From: Candidatus Nanopelagicaceae bacterium
GTDB taxonomy: Bacteria; Actinomycetota; Actinomycetes; Nanopelagicales; Nanopelagicaceae
NCBI GenBank assembly: GCA_030730425.1
Contig: JANQVH010000015.1
Span: forward strand, 28,696-92,695
Reading direction: 5' to 3'
DNA length: 64,000 nt
The notes under the pieces were generated by a model. The model was not told the origin of the DNA, did no database searches, and saw only the letters and a program-made list of their open reading frames with translations. Position 1 is the stretch's first letter; each line of letters starts with the position of its first letter. Of this stretch, positions 21,087-30,242 are shown piece by piece. The translations under genes and the position numbers were made by a program.

Positions 21087-22087
21087 CGCTCCGATCTCTC
21101 ACGTCGCAGATGCATCACGTTATAGGCAACTAATGGAATAACTCCAAGGAACAAAATGATTGCCAGGGCGCTTCCAGTTCCGTAATTCAGCGCTCTAAAT
21201 GACTGGTTATACATCTCGTTGGCAATTACGCTGGTCTTAAAGTTTCCACCAGTCATAGTTCTAATGATGTCGAAGACCTTAAGTGCTCCGATAGTGATTG
21301 TGCTTAAAACCACGATGATTGTTCCTCGAATCATAGGAACAGTCACTCTTGCAAATCTCTTCCAGCCACTTGCTCCATCAAGCATCGATGCTTCCAAGAT
21401 CTCCTCAGGAATTGCTTTTATCGCTGCAGAGAGAATCACCATGGCAAAACCTGTTTGAATCCAGACGAAAACAACTATAAGCAAGAAGGTGTTTAAAGGA
21501 GCGGTCAAAATCCAATTTGTTGGAACAAAACCTAGCCATTCGGCTATCTGGCTTAGTAGACCAATTTCGGCAACTCGATCATTCGGCTGGAATTGATAGA
21601 CAAATTTCCAGATGATTCCAGCTCCAACAAAGGAGATTGCCATTGGCATAAAGATCAAAGACTTAACTAACCCAGGCCGCTTCATACGATCTGTTAGAAC
21701 TGCAATAGTTAATCCAAGAGCAGTTGAGGCTATTGGAGCAACGAGCATCCAGATACCGGTGTTCCGTAAAATCTGGAGAATCTCTGGCTGAGTAAAGGCC
21801 CAGATGTAATTCTCTAAACCAACAAAATTATCTCCTCTTGCATCTCTGAAAGATAAATAGAGCGTCCTAATGGCAGGAGCTATCAATCCTACAAAGAGAA
21901 ATATGAGCGCTGGAGCAAGAAAAAGTAAGTATTTAACTAATCTCTGTACTCGCTCTGAAGTTCTCTCAGCCAAATAAAAGGCGAGACTTACAATGATTGC
22001 AAATACAATTATTGTGATTACAAGGCCAGTTAATTTTGAGGCAGCCTGTTCAAGTTGAGATTGGCGCGCCGCTAACTCAAGCATCAA
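21083..22087 (-). CDS. Carbohydrate ABC transporter permease (MalF-like)
   Basis: EAA loop EASMLDGASGWKRFARVTVP. 4-nt overlap with the downstream permease. Confidence 0.85.
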   Translation of the reverse strand: MMLELAARQSQLEQAASKLTGLVITIIVFAIIVSLAFYLAERTSERVQRLVKYLLFLAPALIFLFVGLIAPAIRTLYLSFRDARGDNFVGLENYIWAFTQPEILQILRNTGIWMLVAPIASTALGLTIAVLTDRMKRPGLVKSLIFMPMAISFVGAGIIWKFVYQFQPNDRVAEIGLLSQIAEWLGFVPTNWILTAPLNTFLLIVVFVWIQTGFAMVILSAAIKAIPEEILEASMLDGASGWKRFARVTVPMIRGTIIVVLSTITIGALKVFDIIRTMTGGNFKTSVIANEMYNQSFRALNYGTGSALAIILFLGVIPLVAYNVMHLRRERSER

Positions 22088-22168
22088 AGCTCAACTCCCC
22101 TTAAGTAATAATTCTTTGCCAGATTATTTAAAGCCTATAAGCATTATTGCAAAGAGTTCTATTTTGCA

Positions 22169-22207
22169 TAAGGGGTGTAGCAACTTTTATAAGTGCTACA
22201 CCCCTTA
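22169..22207 (-). promoter_or_regulatory. Intercistronic stem-loop (13-bp perfect stem, 13-nt loop) between the binding-protein gene and the permease genes
   Basis: TAAGGGGTGTAGC (22169-22181) is the exact reverse complement of GCTACACCCCTTA (22195-22207). No U-run follows on the transcribed strand. Confidence 0.6.
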
Positions 22208-22257
22208 CAACTACTACTTCTCAGGGGCTATTAGGCCACTGAGGCGCCGAAGTCTTT

Positions 22258-23610
22258 TTAAGACTTAGGCCAGGACTTCTCGATTGCATCAAGAACAGCC
22301 TTATCAGACTTGTTCTCAGCAACCCAAGCAGTCATTTCTCTCCAGAATGAACCGGTGCCAACTGCTGCAGGCATTGCATCTGATCCATCAAAACGGAAGA
22401 TGGTTGCATTCTTGAGAATTTCAACCGCATTCTTATTTACTGGATCTGCAACATTTGCAGTATCTAGACCCTTGTTAGCTGAGAACCAGCCACCAAGTGC
22501 TGCCTTCTTGTTATTCCATTCAGGAGATGTTAGGTAAAGCTGAACTGCTCCAACTTCACCGCGATCTGAGAATGCGCCAACGAACTCTCCGCCACCGAGG
22601 GCAGGTCGTTGATCAGCAGTCACACCTGGGAAGTAGAAGGTAGTAATTCCGCCTTCAACATCAGTATCTTCTGGAGTAACAATGGTTGCGCCGTAATTAG
22701 CGGCAAGAATTCCGCCAATAAATGAAGCCTGACGATGCATTGCGCAGGATCCATCAACAATTCCAGCTCCACCATCTTGGAAGGTAGTTGTGGCAATTGC
22801 TGAAACATTTCCTACGTACTTAGCGTTCTTTAGAACCTTACCAGCTTCCTTAAGAACTGCTGCAACCTTTGGATCATTAAATGGCATGGTGTGATTAACC
22901 CAAGCATCATAAGTTGCTGCGTCATTAACACGGAGCATGATGTCTTCCATCCAGTCAGTTCCAACCCAACCTGTTGCATCTCCGGAGCCAAAGCCAACGC
23001 ACCATGGTTGAACTTTGCCTTCAGCAGCAATCTGGTCAGAGAGAGCTAGTAACTCTGGCCAAGTTGTTGGAATTGTCCATCCGTTGTCAGCAAATGTCTT
23101 TGGTGAATACCAGACAAATGACTTTACGCTTGCACCAAGTGGAGCGGCATAGAAGGTTCTATCAACGGTTCCATATGCCTTCCAATCTGGGCCATAGAAT
23201 TCATCTGCATTAGCTGAGACATCGCTAGTTGCAGGGAACATCTTTCCAGTAGCAACCATTGCCTTTAATAGACCTGGTTGTGGGAAGACTGCAAGATCTG
23301 GAGCTGTGCCACCTTCAACACGAACTGGAAGTTGTGCTTCAAACTCAGCAGTTCCATTCCAGCTAATGATGATTCCGGTGCACTCTTCAAATTCAGCAAA
23401 TGATTCCTGAAAAATCTCTGCCTCTGGGCTACGGATAGAGGTATAGATTTCTACCTCTGTTCCGTCATAGCCTTGATAAGCTTCATAGGCATCACAATTT
23501 TCCCCACCAGCAGAATCATCTGAACTGGAGCAGGAACTTAATACAAGTGATAGCGCTGCGAATAAAGATGTCGCCAACAGAAGCCGACGACGCCGCAATG
23601 ATGCGGTCAT
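22258..23610 (-). CDS. Sugar ABC transporter substrate-binding lipoprotein
   Basis: RRRR plus hydrophobic core and an LSSC lipobox. 450 aa with an extracellular solute-binding family 1 layout. Confidence 0.85.
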   Translation of the reverse strand: MTASLRRRRLLLATSLFAALSLVLSSCSSSDDSAGGENCDAYEAYQGYDGTEVEIYTSIRSPEAEIFQESFAEFEECTGIIISWNGTAEFEAQLPVRVEGGTAPDLAVFPQPGLLKAMVATGKMFPATSDVSANADEFYGPDWKAYGTVDRTFYAAPLGASVKSFVWYSPKTFADNGWTIPTTWPELLALSDQIAAEGKVQPWCVGFGSGDATGWVGTDWMEDIMLRVNDAATYDAWVNHTMPFNDPKVAAVLKEAGKVLKNAKYVGNVSAIATTTFQDGGAGIVDGSCAMHRQASFIGGILAANYGATIVTPEDTDVEGGITTFYFPGVTADQRPALGGGEFVGAFSDRGEVGAVQLYLTSPEWNNKKAALGGWFSANKGLDTANVADPVNKNAVEILKNATIFRFDGSDAMPAAVGTGSFWREMTAWVAENKSDKAVLDAIEKSWPKS

Positions 23611-23736
23611 ATAGTTTCCCCTTTCGAAAGGACCATAGAAGTTCCGCAGATTTCTCTGAGGAATTAGACCTCATCCTTCTCTTGAGCCCTCAACCAAGCA
23701 ATAGGGAGGCTCTGTAAAAGGGCGGTAAATGACTAA

Positions 23737-25377
23737 CTATTTTGTTATTTTCCCGAGCCAAACCGTGCTCTCAGCAGGCAGGGTGAGCGTGCCTGACGTT
23801 AATTGAGCCTGAGCAGATGAGGCCAGGATGATCTGGCTATCACTCTTGAGCTTTAGCTCAAGGCTCTCACCTCCAGTGTTGGCATAGAGGAGGAAATCAT
23901 CCCCTCGGCTAAAGGCTAGAACTTCCTTGGGGGTATCAATCCAAGTTATCTCATTTGATGTCGGTAGCTGGCGCGATAAAAGTTTTCTCATATGAAGTGA
24001 CCTGCGATAGAGAGCTAAGTGGCTATCACCATCTACTTGCGCTTCAACGCAGTGATCTTGCCAATCACTTGGAATTGGTAACCAAGGTTTTGTAGTTGTA
24101 AATCCATAATTTGATAATTGAGAGCTCCAAGGAATTGGAATGCGCGCGCCATCTCGACCTTTATCAACACCTTTGGTTCTAAAGAAGACTGGATCTTGGC
24201 GATCTTTATCTTCAAGCTGGCCATCTTCAAGCCCTAGCTCCTCGCCTTGATAAATATAAATACCGCCAGGAAGGCCATGGGTTAGTAGCGCCATCGCTTT
24301 TGCTCTCTGCCTTCCTAGCTCTCCGCCACCAAGTCTTGATACAAGTCTTGGAGAATCATGATTTGAGAGAACCCAGGTAGGAGAGGCGCCAACTTGCCCA
24401 ACTTCAGAGAGAGTTTTATTGATAGCACTTACTAGAAATTCTGCATCCCAAGGAGCGATTAGAAAGTCAAAGTTAAATATCTGATGGAGTTCATCACTTC
24501 TTACATATCTCATTGCCCTGGAGCTGGGATGAACCCATGCTTCAGCAACGCTCATTCTCTGACCTGAATAGGAATCAAGTATTTTTCGCCAACTGCGATA
24601 AATCTCATGTACTCCCTCATTATCAAAGAATGGAACATCGGCAAGAAGTGATTCGCGCTCGAATCTATCCATATCGCTAACATCAAGGCGAAGAGCTCGA
24701 GTCAAACCTTCTGGATCTCTATGATCCTTAAAGATCTCCTCTTTAACTAGGCCTTGAGCAACATCAATTCGAAATCCATCAACGCCCTTATCAAGCCAGA
24801 ATCGAAGGGTCTTTTCAAAGTCTTCTTTCACCTCATTGTTTTCCCAATTTAAATCGGCTTGAGTTGAGTCAAATAGATGTAGATACCACTGACCAGGCTT
24901 GCCATCTGCCTCGATAACTCTGCTCCAGGCAGGACCGCCAAAGATTGAGCACCAATTATTTGGAGGGATCGCTCCGCCTTCACCTTTGCCATCATAGAAA
25001 TGAAAGCGCGAGCGTTCTAAAGATCCAGGTAGAGACTTAAGAGCTGCCTTAAACCATTGGTGCTCAGTTGAGAAATGATTTGGAACTAGGTCAACGATGA
25101 TTCTTAAATCAGATCTATGTGCAGCTTTAATTAAATTAACAGCATCTTCCATACTTCCAAATCTTGGATCAACCGTTCTTGGATCTTGAACATCATAACC
25201 ACCATCATTATTTGGTGAAAGATAAAAGGGGCTTAGCCATATTGCATCGATGCCAAGTGATTTTAAGTAGGAAAGCCTTGAAATAACGCCAACTAAATCT
25301 CCCTCACCATCACCATTAGTATCTTGAAAGGAGCGGGGATAAACCTGATAAATCGAAGAATTTGACCACCAATCCAC
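23737..25377 (-). CDS. GH13 alpha-glucosidase / oligo-1,6-glucosidase family enzyme
   Basis: WWSNSSIYQVYPRSFQD N-terminus, DLVPNH, GFRIDVA (nucleophile region), EAW, NHD. These are the four GH13 signature regions. Confidence 0.88.
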   Translation of the reverse strand: MDWWSNSSIYQVYPRSFQDTNGDGEGDLVGVISRLSYLKSLGIDAIWLSPFYLSPNNDGGYDVQDPRTVDPRFGSMEDAVNLIKAAHRSDLRIIVDLVPNHFSTEHQWFKAALKSLPGSLERSRFHFYDGKGEGGAIPPNNWCSIFGGPAWSRVIEADGKPGQWYLHLFDSTQADLNWENNEVKEDFEKTLRFWLDKGVDGFRIDVAQGLVKEEIFKDHRDPEGLTRALRLDVSDMDRFERESLLADVPFFDNEGVHEIYRSWRKILDSYSGQRMSVAEAWVHPSSRAMRYVRSDELHQIFNFDFLIAPWDAEFLVSAINKTLSEVGQVGASPTWVLSNHDSPRLVSRLGGGELGRQRAKAMALLTHGLPGGIYIYQGEELGLEDGQLEDKDRQDPVFFRTKGVDKGRDGARIPIPWSSQLSNYGFTTTKPWLPIPSDWQDHCVEAQVDGDSHLALYRRSLHMRKLLSRQLPTSNEITWIDTPKEVLAFSRGDDFLLYANTGGESLELKLKSDSQIILASSAQAQLTSGTLTLPAESTVWLGKITK

Positions 25378-25397
25378 CTTATTTTCGCTATTAATTT

Positions 25398-26405
25398 CTA
25401 GGCCTCCAAGCGCCTGGTGGAGTTTCGTACTACCAAAGTAGTTGGAAGGGTTAGCGAATGAGATTCGCTCTTAGGAAGTTTTAAGCGCTCCATAATCGAC
25501 CATGCAGCCATCTCCCCCATTAGAGCGACTGGTTGCTCAATAGTGGTTAGGTCTGAAAACTCTGCCATTTCATGGCCATCAAAGCCAATTATTGAAATGT
25601 CATCGGGAACTTTTAAACCATTTCTTCTAATAGCTTGTAGCGCACCAAGTGCCATCTCATCCGATTGGCAAAATATCGCTGTTGGTCTATCCGCTCTTGC
25701 CAATAAATCATCCATAGCTCTACTTGCTCCATGCATTGTGAAATCACCAAAGACTTCTCGAGATGGCTTAAACTCCAAACCGCTCTCAGCTAAGACTTGC
25801 ATAAATCCCTTACGGCGATCTTGTGGAACGCTAAAACCAAATGGATCATCAGGCCGTCCTGAGAGAAGAGCAATTTTTTTATGGCCTAAATTAACTAAAT
25901 GCTGAGTTGCTGTTCTTGCCCCTGCAACATCATCAATAGCCACGCTAGAACACTGTGCATGATGCATTCCAACGAGTGCGATGGGAATTCCAAGGCTTAA
26001 CATCGAATCAAACTCTTCCTCCGTTGGCGGAAGACTGATCACAATTAAGGCATCTACTCGACCCTTTAGTAATTGATGTTGGAATAGGCGCTCACGCCCT
26101 TTTAGCTGTGAGAAGTTATAGAGGAGAAGATCAAGTCCTGCTTCCCGAAGGGCTTGCTCTGCGCCATTAATAACTTGGGCGAAATACCATCTAGAGATAA
26201 ATGGAGCAACAACTCCAACTGAATTAGTTCTTCCAAATAAAGCTTTAGCAGAGCTCTGCGGGATGGGATAACCAAGTTTCTCTGCAGCATCAAGAATTTT
26301 CTTACGTGTTTCAGGATTAACATGATTTAAGCCTCGAAGAGCTCGCGAGACTGTGGCGATAGAGACTCCAGCCTCACTAGCTACTTCCTTGATACCGGCT
26401 GCCAT
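25398..26405 (-). CDS. LacI family transcriptional regulator
   Basis: N-terminal HTH IKEVASEAGVSIATVSRALRG plus a periplasmic-binding-fold core. Its stop lies 20 nt upstream of the glucosidase start. Confidence 0.9.
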   Translation of the reverse strand: MAAGIKEVASEAGVSIATVSRALRGLNHVNPETRKKILDAAEKLGYPIPQSSAKALFGRTNSVGVVAPFISRWYFAQVINGAEQALREAGLDLLLYNFSQLKGRERLFQHQLLKGRVDALIVISLPPTEEEFDSMLSLGIPIALVGMHHAQCSSVAIDDVAGARTATQHLVNLGHKKIALLSGRPDDPFGFSVPQDRRKGFMQVLAESGLEFKPSREVFGDFTMHGASRAMDDLLARADRPTAIFCQSDEMALGALQAIRRNGLKVPDDISIIGFDGHEMAEFSDLTTIEQPVALMGEMAAWSIMERLKLPKSESHSLTLPTTLVVRNSTRRLEA

Positions 26406-26511
26406 GAAAACCTTTCAAAGCCCCTTATGCAAAGAGCTCGATTAAGAATGTAAAACTCTGTAAGCGGCTAAAAATAGACTGAAAAACTGAAAATGGCTAC
26501 CCTGCCTTCTC

Positions 26512-27141
26512 ATGGCAATCACGCTGGCGCAATCTCGAAAAATTGGCGTAGAGATCGCCAAGAGAAATCCCAGATTCAAGCCCATCATCGAAGAATTTGG
26601 GCCCTGCCCAATTGGCCTTAACTCAAAGAAGCCATTGGAAAGTAATTTCTCCACACTTGCTTCATCAATTCTCTCTCAGCAATTATCAACTAAAGCTGCA
26701 GCAACAATTATTGGAAGAGTTAAGCACCTTTCAGGCGGCAGAATTTCACCGAGTGGAATAGGTAGATTGAGTAGAAGTGAGTTAAGAGGCGCTGGTTGCT
26801 CAAACTCAAAGGCTCGGGCTTTAGAGGAGTTAGCTCAAGCTGCCCTTAGCTCAAAGGTTTCTATGAGCTCTCTTCATCGCCTAGAAGATGAAGAAATCAG
26901 AGAGCAGCTTCTGCCACTCTTTGGAATTGGAATCTGGACCGTTGAGATGTTTTTAATCTTTCAATTAGGCAGACAAGATGTTTGGCCAGTGGGAGATCTT
27001 GGAGTCAGGCGTGGTTGGGAGAGAGTGCATCGCATGAGAGGTGAGATAAAGCCAGCTGAGCTTCTTAAATTAGGTGAAATCTATAGCCCATATCGCAGCC
27101 ACTTAGCTTGGTATTGCTGGCGCGCTACTGAAACTGCCTAG
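26512..27141 (+). CDS. DNA-3-methyladenine glycosylase II family protein (HhH-GPD, AlkA/Mag1-like)
   Basis: HhH region LFGIGIWTVEMFLIF, then WPVGDLGVRRG carrying the catalytic Asp. Confidence 0.75.
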   Translation: MAITLAQSRKIGVEIAKRNPRFKPIIEEFGPCPIGLNSKKPLESNFSTLASSILSQQLSTKAAATIIGRVKHLSGGRISPSGIGRLSRSELRGAGCSNSKARALEELAQAALSSKVSMSSLHRLEDEEIREQLLPLFGIGIWTVEMFLIFQLGRQDVWPVGDLGVRRGWERVHRMRGEIKPAELLKLGEIYSPYRSHLAWYCWRATETA

Positions 27142-27596
27142 GAGTTTTTTGGTTCAAGTGTTAAGGCAACTGAGTTAATACACCAACGCTGATCTGTTGG
27201 AACTGCATAACCCTCACCTTCAAATACATGCCCGAGGTGTGAACCACAAGAGGCGCAGCGCACCTCAACTCTTATTCTTGGCGCAAGCGAGCGATCCTCT
27301 AATAGCACCACTGCATCATCACTTTTTGGAGCATAGAAGGAGGGCCAGCCGCAGCCGGAATGAAACTTAGTTTCACTTCTAAATAGCTCTGCGCTACAGG
27401 CTTTGCACTTATAAACTCCAATGGTTTCACTTTCATAATACTTTCCAGTAAATGCAACTTCAGTTCCAGCTTTACGCAGCACATCATAGGAAAGTGGATC
27501 TAGACTCTTAGCTAAACTCTCATCATCTAATTGAACTGGGAAGGCTTTTCCAGTCTTGGGATTAATTTTAGGAAGATCAGATTCGCTATATGACAT
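27138..27596 (-). CDS. msrB: Peptide-methionine (R)-S-oxide reductase
   Basis: Zinc CxxC pairs (CKAC, CASC), GHVF, RWCINS (catalytic Cys). Confidence 0.92.
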   Translation of the reverse strand: MSYSESDLPKINPKTGKAFPVQLDDESLAKSLDPLSYDVLRKAGTEVAFTGKYYESETIGVYKCKACSAELFRSETKFHSGCGWPSFYAPKSDDAVVLLEDRSLAPRIRVEVRCASCGSHLGHVFEGEGYAVPTDQRWCINSVALTLEPKNS

Positions 27597-27606
27597 CGCT
27601 ATCTCC

Positions 27607-28128
27607 TTAAGCCTTCAAAGCTGGGTATGCAATCCCAGTACTTGAGTGACAGTCGTATCCATTGGGATTCTTCTCTAAATATCTTTGGTGATACTCCTCT
27701 GCTAGGAAATACTCATGTCCAGCTGCGCTTTGAATCTGAGTAACAATTTCACCAATTCCTGCGCTCTTAAGGACATCGTTGTAAACCTGTCGAGTCTTTT
27801 GGGCAACATCTAACTGTTGCGGGGTAGTAGTGAAGATTGCACTTCGATACTGAGTTCCAATATCTCCACCCTGTTTATTTAGTGAAGTTGGATCATGCAT
27901 TACCCAGAACTCTTCAAGAAGTCTTTGATATGAAATTTGCTCTGGATCAAAAACTACCTCAACCATTTCAGCATGATTTGTTTTTCCAGTGCAGACCTCT
28001 TCATATGTTGGCGACTTAGTATCTCCACCCATATATCCAACCGATGTTGAGATTACTCCAGATAAATTCCAGAATCTTCGCTCTGCTCCCCAGAAGCAAC
28101 CAGTTGCAAAATACGCTCGTTCTTTCAT
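27607..28128 (-). CDS. msrA: Peptide-methionine (S)-S-oxide reductase
   Basis: GCFWG active site. YHQRYLEKNPNGY near the C-terminus. Confidence 0.92.
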   Translation of the reverse strand: MKERAYFATGCFWGAERRFWNLSGVISTSVGYMGGDTKSPTYEEVCTGKTNHAEMVEVVFDPEQISYQRLLEEFWVMHDPTSLNKQGGDIGTQYRSAIFTTTPQQLDVAQKTRQVYNDVLKSAGIGEIVTQIQSAAGHEYFLAEEYHQRYLEKNPNGYDCHSSTGIAYPALKA

Positions 28129-28172
28129 GGGCCAATATTGGCAGAGGAATCACTGATAATCTTTTCCAAAGA

Positions 28173-28244
28173 GCCCCCGTAGCTCAGGGGATAGAGCACC
28201 GCCCTCCGGAGGCGGGTGCACAGGTTCGAATCCTGTCGGGGGCA
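28173..28244 (+). tRNA. tRNA-Arg(CCG)
   Basis: Acceptor GCCCCCG/CGGGGGC. D arm GCTC-AGGGGATA-GAGC. Anticodon arm CCGCC-CTCCGGA-GGCGG (CCG). T arm ACAGG-TTCGAAT-CCTGT. Discriminator A, no CCA. Confidence 0.92.
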
Positions 28245-28468
28245 CTTGATCTAAGAATTATTCAAAATCTAAAAAATTAAGAGCTCTAGCGCTCTATCTC
28301 ACTAATTTCTGCGAAATCGCGGGCAAAGACTCTTGAGTAAAGATGTTTTAGCGTGGATAATAACGCGGTAATCGCGCCAATATCTGGTTTGCATTACACC
28401 CAAAGACGCAAGAATGGTCAATCTCGGTTTCCCCGAACTGCCCCTTGCCTGAAGATTGATGAGGTCTT

Positions 28469-28744
28469 ATGAGCTTGGATTGGCGCCACCGCGCTGCCTG
28501 TCGCGATATCGACCCTGAACTCTTCTTTCCTGTTGGAAATACTGGACCTGCAATCGCTCAAATTGAAGAGGCTAAGAAGATCTGTGTTCCTTGCATCGTT
28601 AGGCAAGATTGTTTGCAATGGGCGCTTGAGAGCGGTCAAGACTCTGGAGTTTGGGGTGGGTTATCTGAGGATGAAAGACGAGCTATGAAGCGTCGCGCTG
28701 CTAGAAATCGCGCTCGTTTATCTGAAACTAGCTTTGAAGATTAG
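28469..28744 (+). CDS. whiB1: WhiB family Fe-S transcription factor, WhiB1/WblE-type
   Basis: DWRHRAACRDIDPELFFPVGNTGPA..QI..AK..C..C.V...CL.WAL..GQDSGVWGGLSEDERRAMKRR is close to my recollection of M. tuberculosis WhiB1. Confidence 0.9.
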   Translation: MSLDWRHRAACRDIDPELFFPVGNTGPAIAQIEEAKKICVPCIVRQDCLQWALESGQDSGVWGGLSEDERRAMKRRAARNRARLSETSFED

Positions 28745-28748
28745 ATCT

Positions 28749-30227
28749 TTAACGCTCTAGTGGAAACGAAATCGCTACCTGCGTTCCGATATTTTGCTTG
28801 ATAAATTCTATCTTCCCGGCTAACTCATTTTTAGTTAAAGTCTGAACAATCTGCAAACCCAAATTGGTGTTTAATTCAAGTGAGAAGTCACTTGGAATTC
28901 CAGCTCCATTGTCAGTAACAGTAATTGTCATTGACGCTGCTTGCCGATTAATTCTTAACTCCACTAAGTCACCGCTAGTACTAAGGCCGTGTTCTAAAGC
29001 ATTATGAATCAACTCTGTTAAAACTAAGGCAAGAGGCGTTGCCACCATCGATGAGATTAGGCCAAATTCCCCCATCTTCTTGATCTGGATTTCATTCGGT
29101 CTAATATTTAACTCTGATGCGCCTTGAATAATCTTGGTAATAACCTCATCAAATTGCACTAAATCCTGCGAGGTGGCAGATAGGGTCTCGTGGACTAAAG
29201 CTATTGATACAACCCTTCTAACCGCTTCCTCAATTGCAGCGCTAGCTTTTGGGTCTTCGATACGCCGTGCTTGAAGGCGCAGGAGAGCTGAAACTGTCTG
29301 TAAATTGTTCTTTACTCGATGATGAATCTCTCTAATAGTGGCATCTTTACTAATTAGAGCTCTATCTTTTCTCCTTAGCTCTGTGACGTTATGAACCAAA
29401 ATCACAGCTCCAATTCGATTATCACCTTCTGTTAACGGAATGGCCAATAGATCTAATACCCCGCCGCTATTTTCAAACTCTTCTCTTCTTAACTGCTTTC
29501 CACTCATACTGATCTGCCAATTTTCTTCTTTTGGATTTAGCGGAGATATTGGGCTCACAAGAGAATCTAGAACCTGGCCAAAATTCTGCCCTTCAAGGTC
29601 TTTATCCCAACCAACTCTATTTAAGGCAGAGCGTGCATTTGGGCTAGCAAAGAGCACCTCTCCTGAAACATTTACTCGGACCAAACCATCGCCAACTCTT
29701 GGAGCAGCCTCTGCCAGATAGACATTGTCCTTTACGGGAAAATTTCCCTCAGCAATCATGCGATAAATGTGGTTTGCGATCTCACGATAATTTAGCTCAA
29801 GCCTTGAAGGAGTTCTCATAGTCTCTAGATTTCTATGACGCGAGATAACAGCTATCACGCGACCTAAGAATAAGACTGGGATGCACTCAACCTTTATCTC
29901 TATCTCTCCAACTTGTTCAGCTCTATTATCTCTAATGATTTCACCGCTTGATAGCGCTTGATCTAAATCTGTACGAGATCCCCAAGTGACTTCATTGCCA
30001 ATTAAGTCGTGAGTAAAAACAGTTGCTGCCGTCATAGGGCGAATTTGCGCTACAGCTCTATGTCCTTCAGGCCAACTCTTTTGATCTTGGCGCTTTGGAA
30101 TCCAGAGAACTAAATCAGCAAATGAGAGATCTGCAAGCAATTGCCATTCAGCAGTTAATTCTCCAAGGCGAAGCACATCATCTTGCGTTAGTGAACTCTG
30201 ATCTGAGAGCAGATGACGAAAAGGCAT
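28749..30227 (-). CDS. pdtaS: GAF-PAS sensor histidine kinase, PdtaS-type (HisKA_2)
   Basis: HHRVKNNLQTVSALLRLQ phospho-acceptor box and a C-terminal HATPase (NALEHG, DNGAGIP). No TM segments. Convergent with whiB1, as in M. tuberculosis Rv3219/Rv3220c. Confidence 0.8.
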   Translation of the reverse strand: MPFRHLLSDQSSLTQDDVLRLGELTAEWQLLADLSFADLVLWIPKRQDQKSWPEGHRAVAQIRPMTAATVFTHDLIGNEVTWGSRTDLDQALSSGEIIRDNRAEQVGEIEIKVECIPVLFLGRVIAVISRHRNLETMRTPSRLELNYREIANHIYRMIAEGNFPVKDNVYLAEAAPRVGDGLVRVNVSGEVLFASPNARSALNRVGWDKDLEGQNFGQVLDSLVSPISPLNPKEENWQISMSGKQLRREEFENSGGVLDLLAIPLTEGDNRIGAVILVHNVTELRRKDRALISKDATIREIHHRVKNNLQTVSALLRLQARRIEDPKASAAIEEAVRRVVSIALVHETLSATSQDLVQFDEVITKIIQGASELNIRPNEIQIKKMGEFGLISSMVATPLALVLTELIHNALEHGLSTSGDLVELRINRQAASMTITVTDNGAGIPSDFSLELNTNLGLQIVQTLTKNELAGKIEFIKQNIGTQVAISFPLER

Positions 30228-30242
30228 AGGCGAAAGAGTACT

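Noticed and set aside
23620-23631. Perfect 12-bp palindrome CCTTTCGAAAGG just upstream of the binding-protein start, considered as a LacI operator. A related CCTTTCAAAG lies upstream of lacI.
   Set aside because: About 15 perfect 12-bp palindromes are expected by chance in 64 kb. The half-site polarity (TTTCGAAA) is opposite to the usual LacI-family AANCGNTT core. The shared GAAAGG is more simply the SD of both genes.
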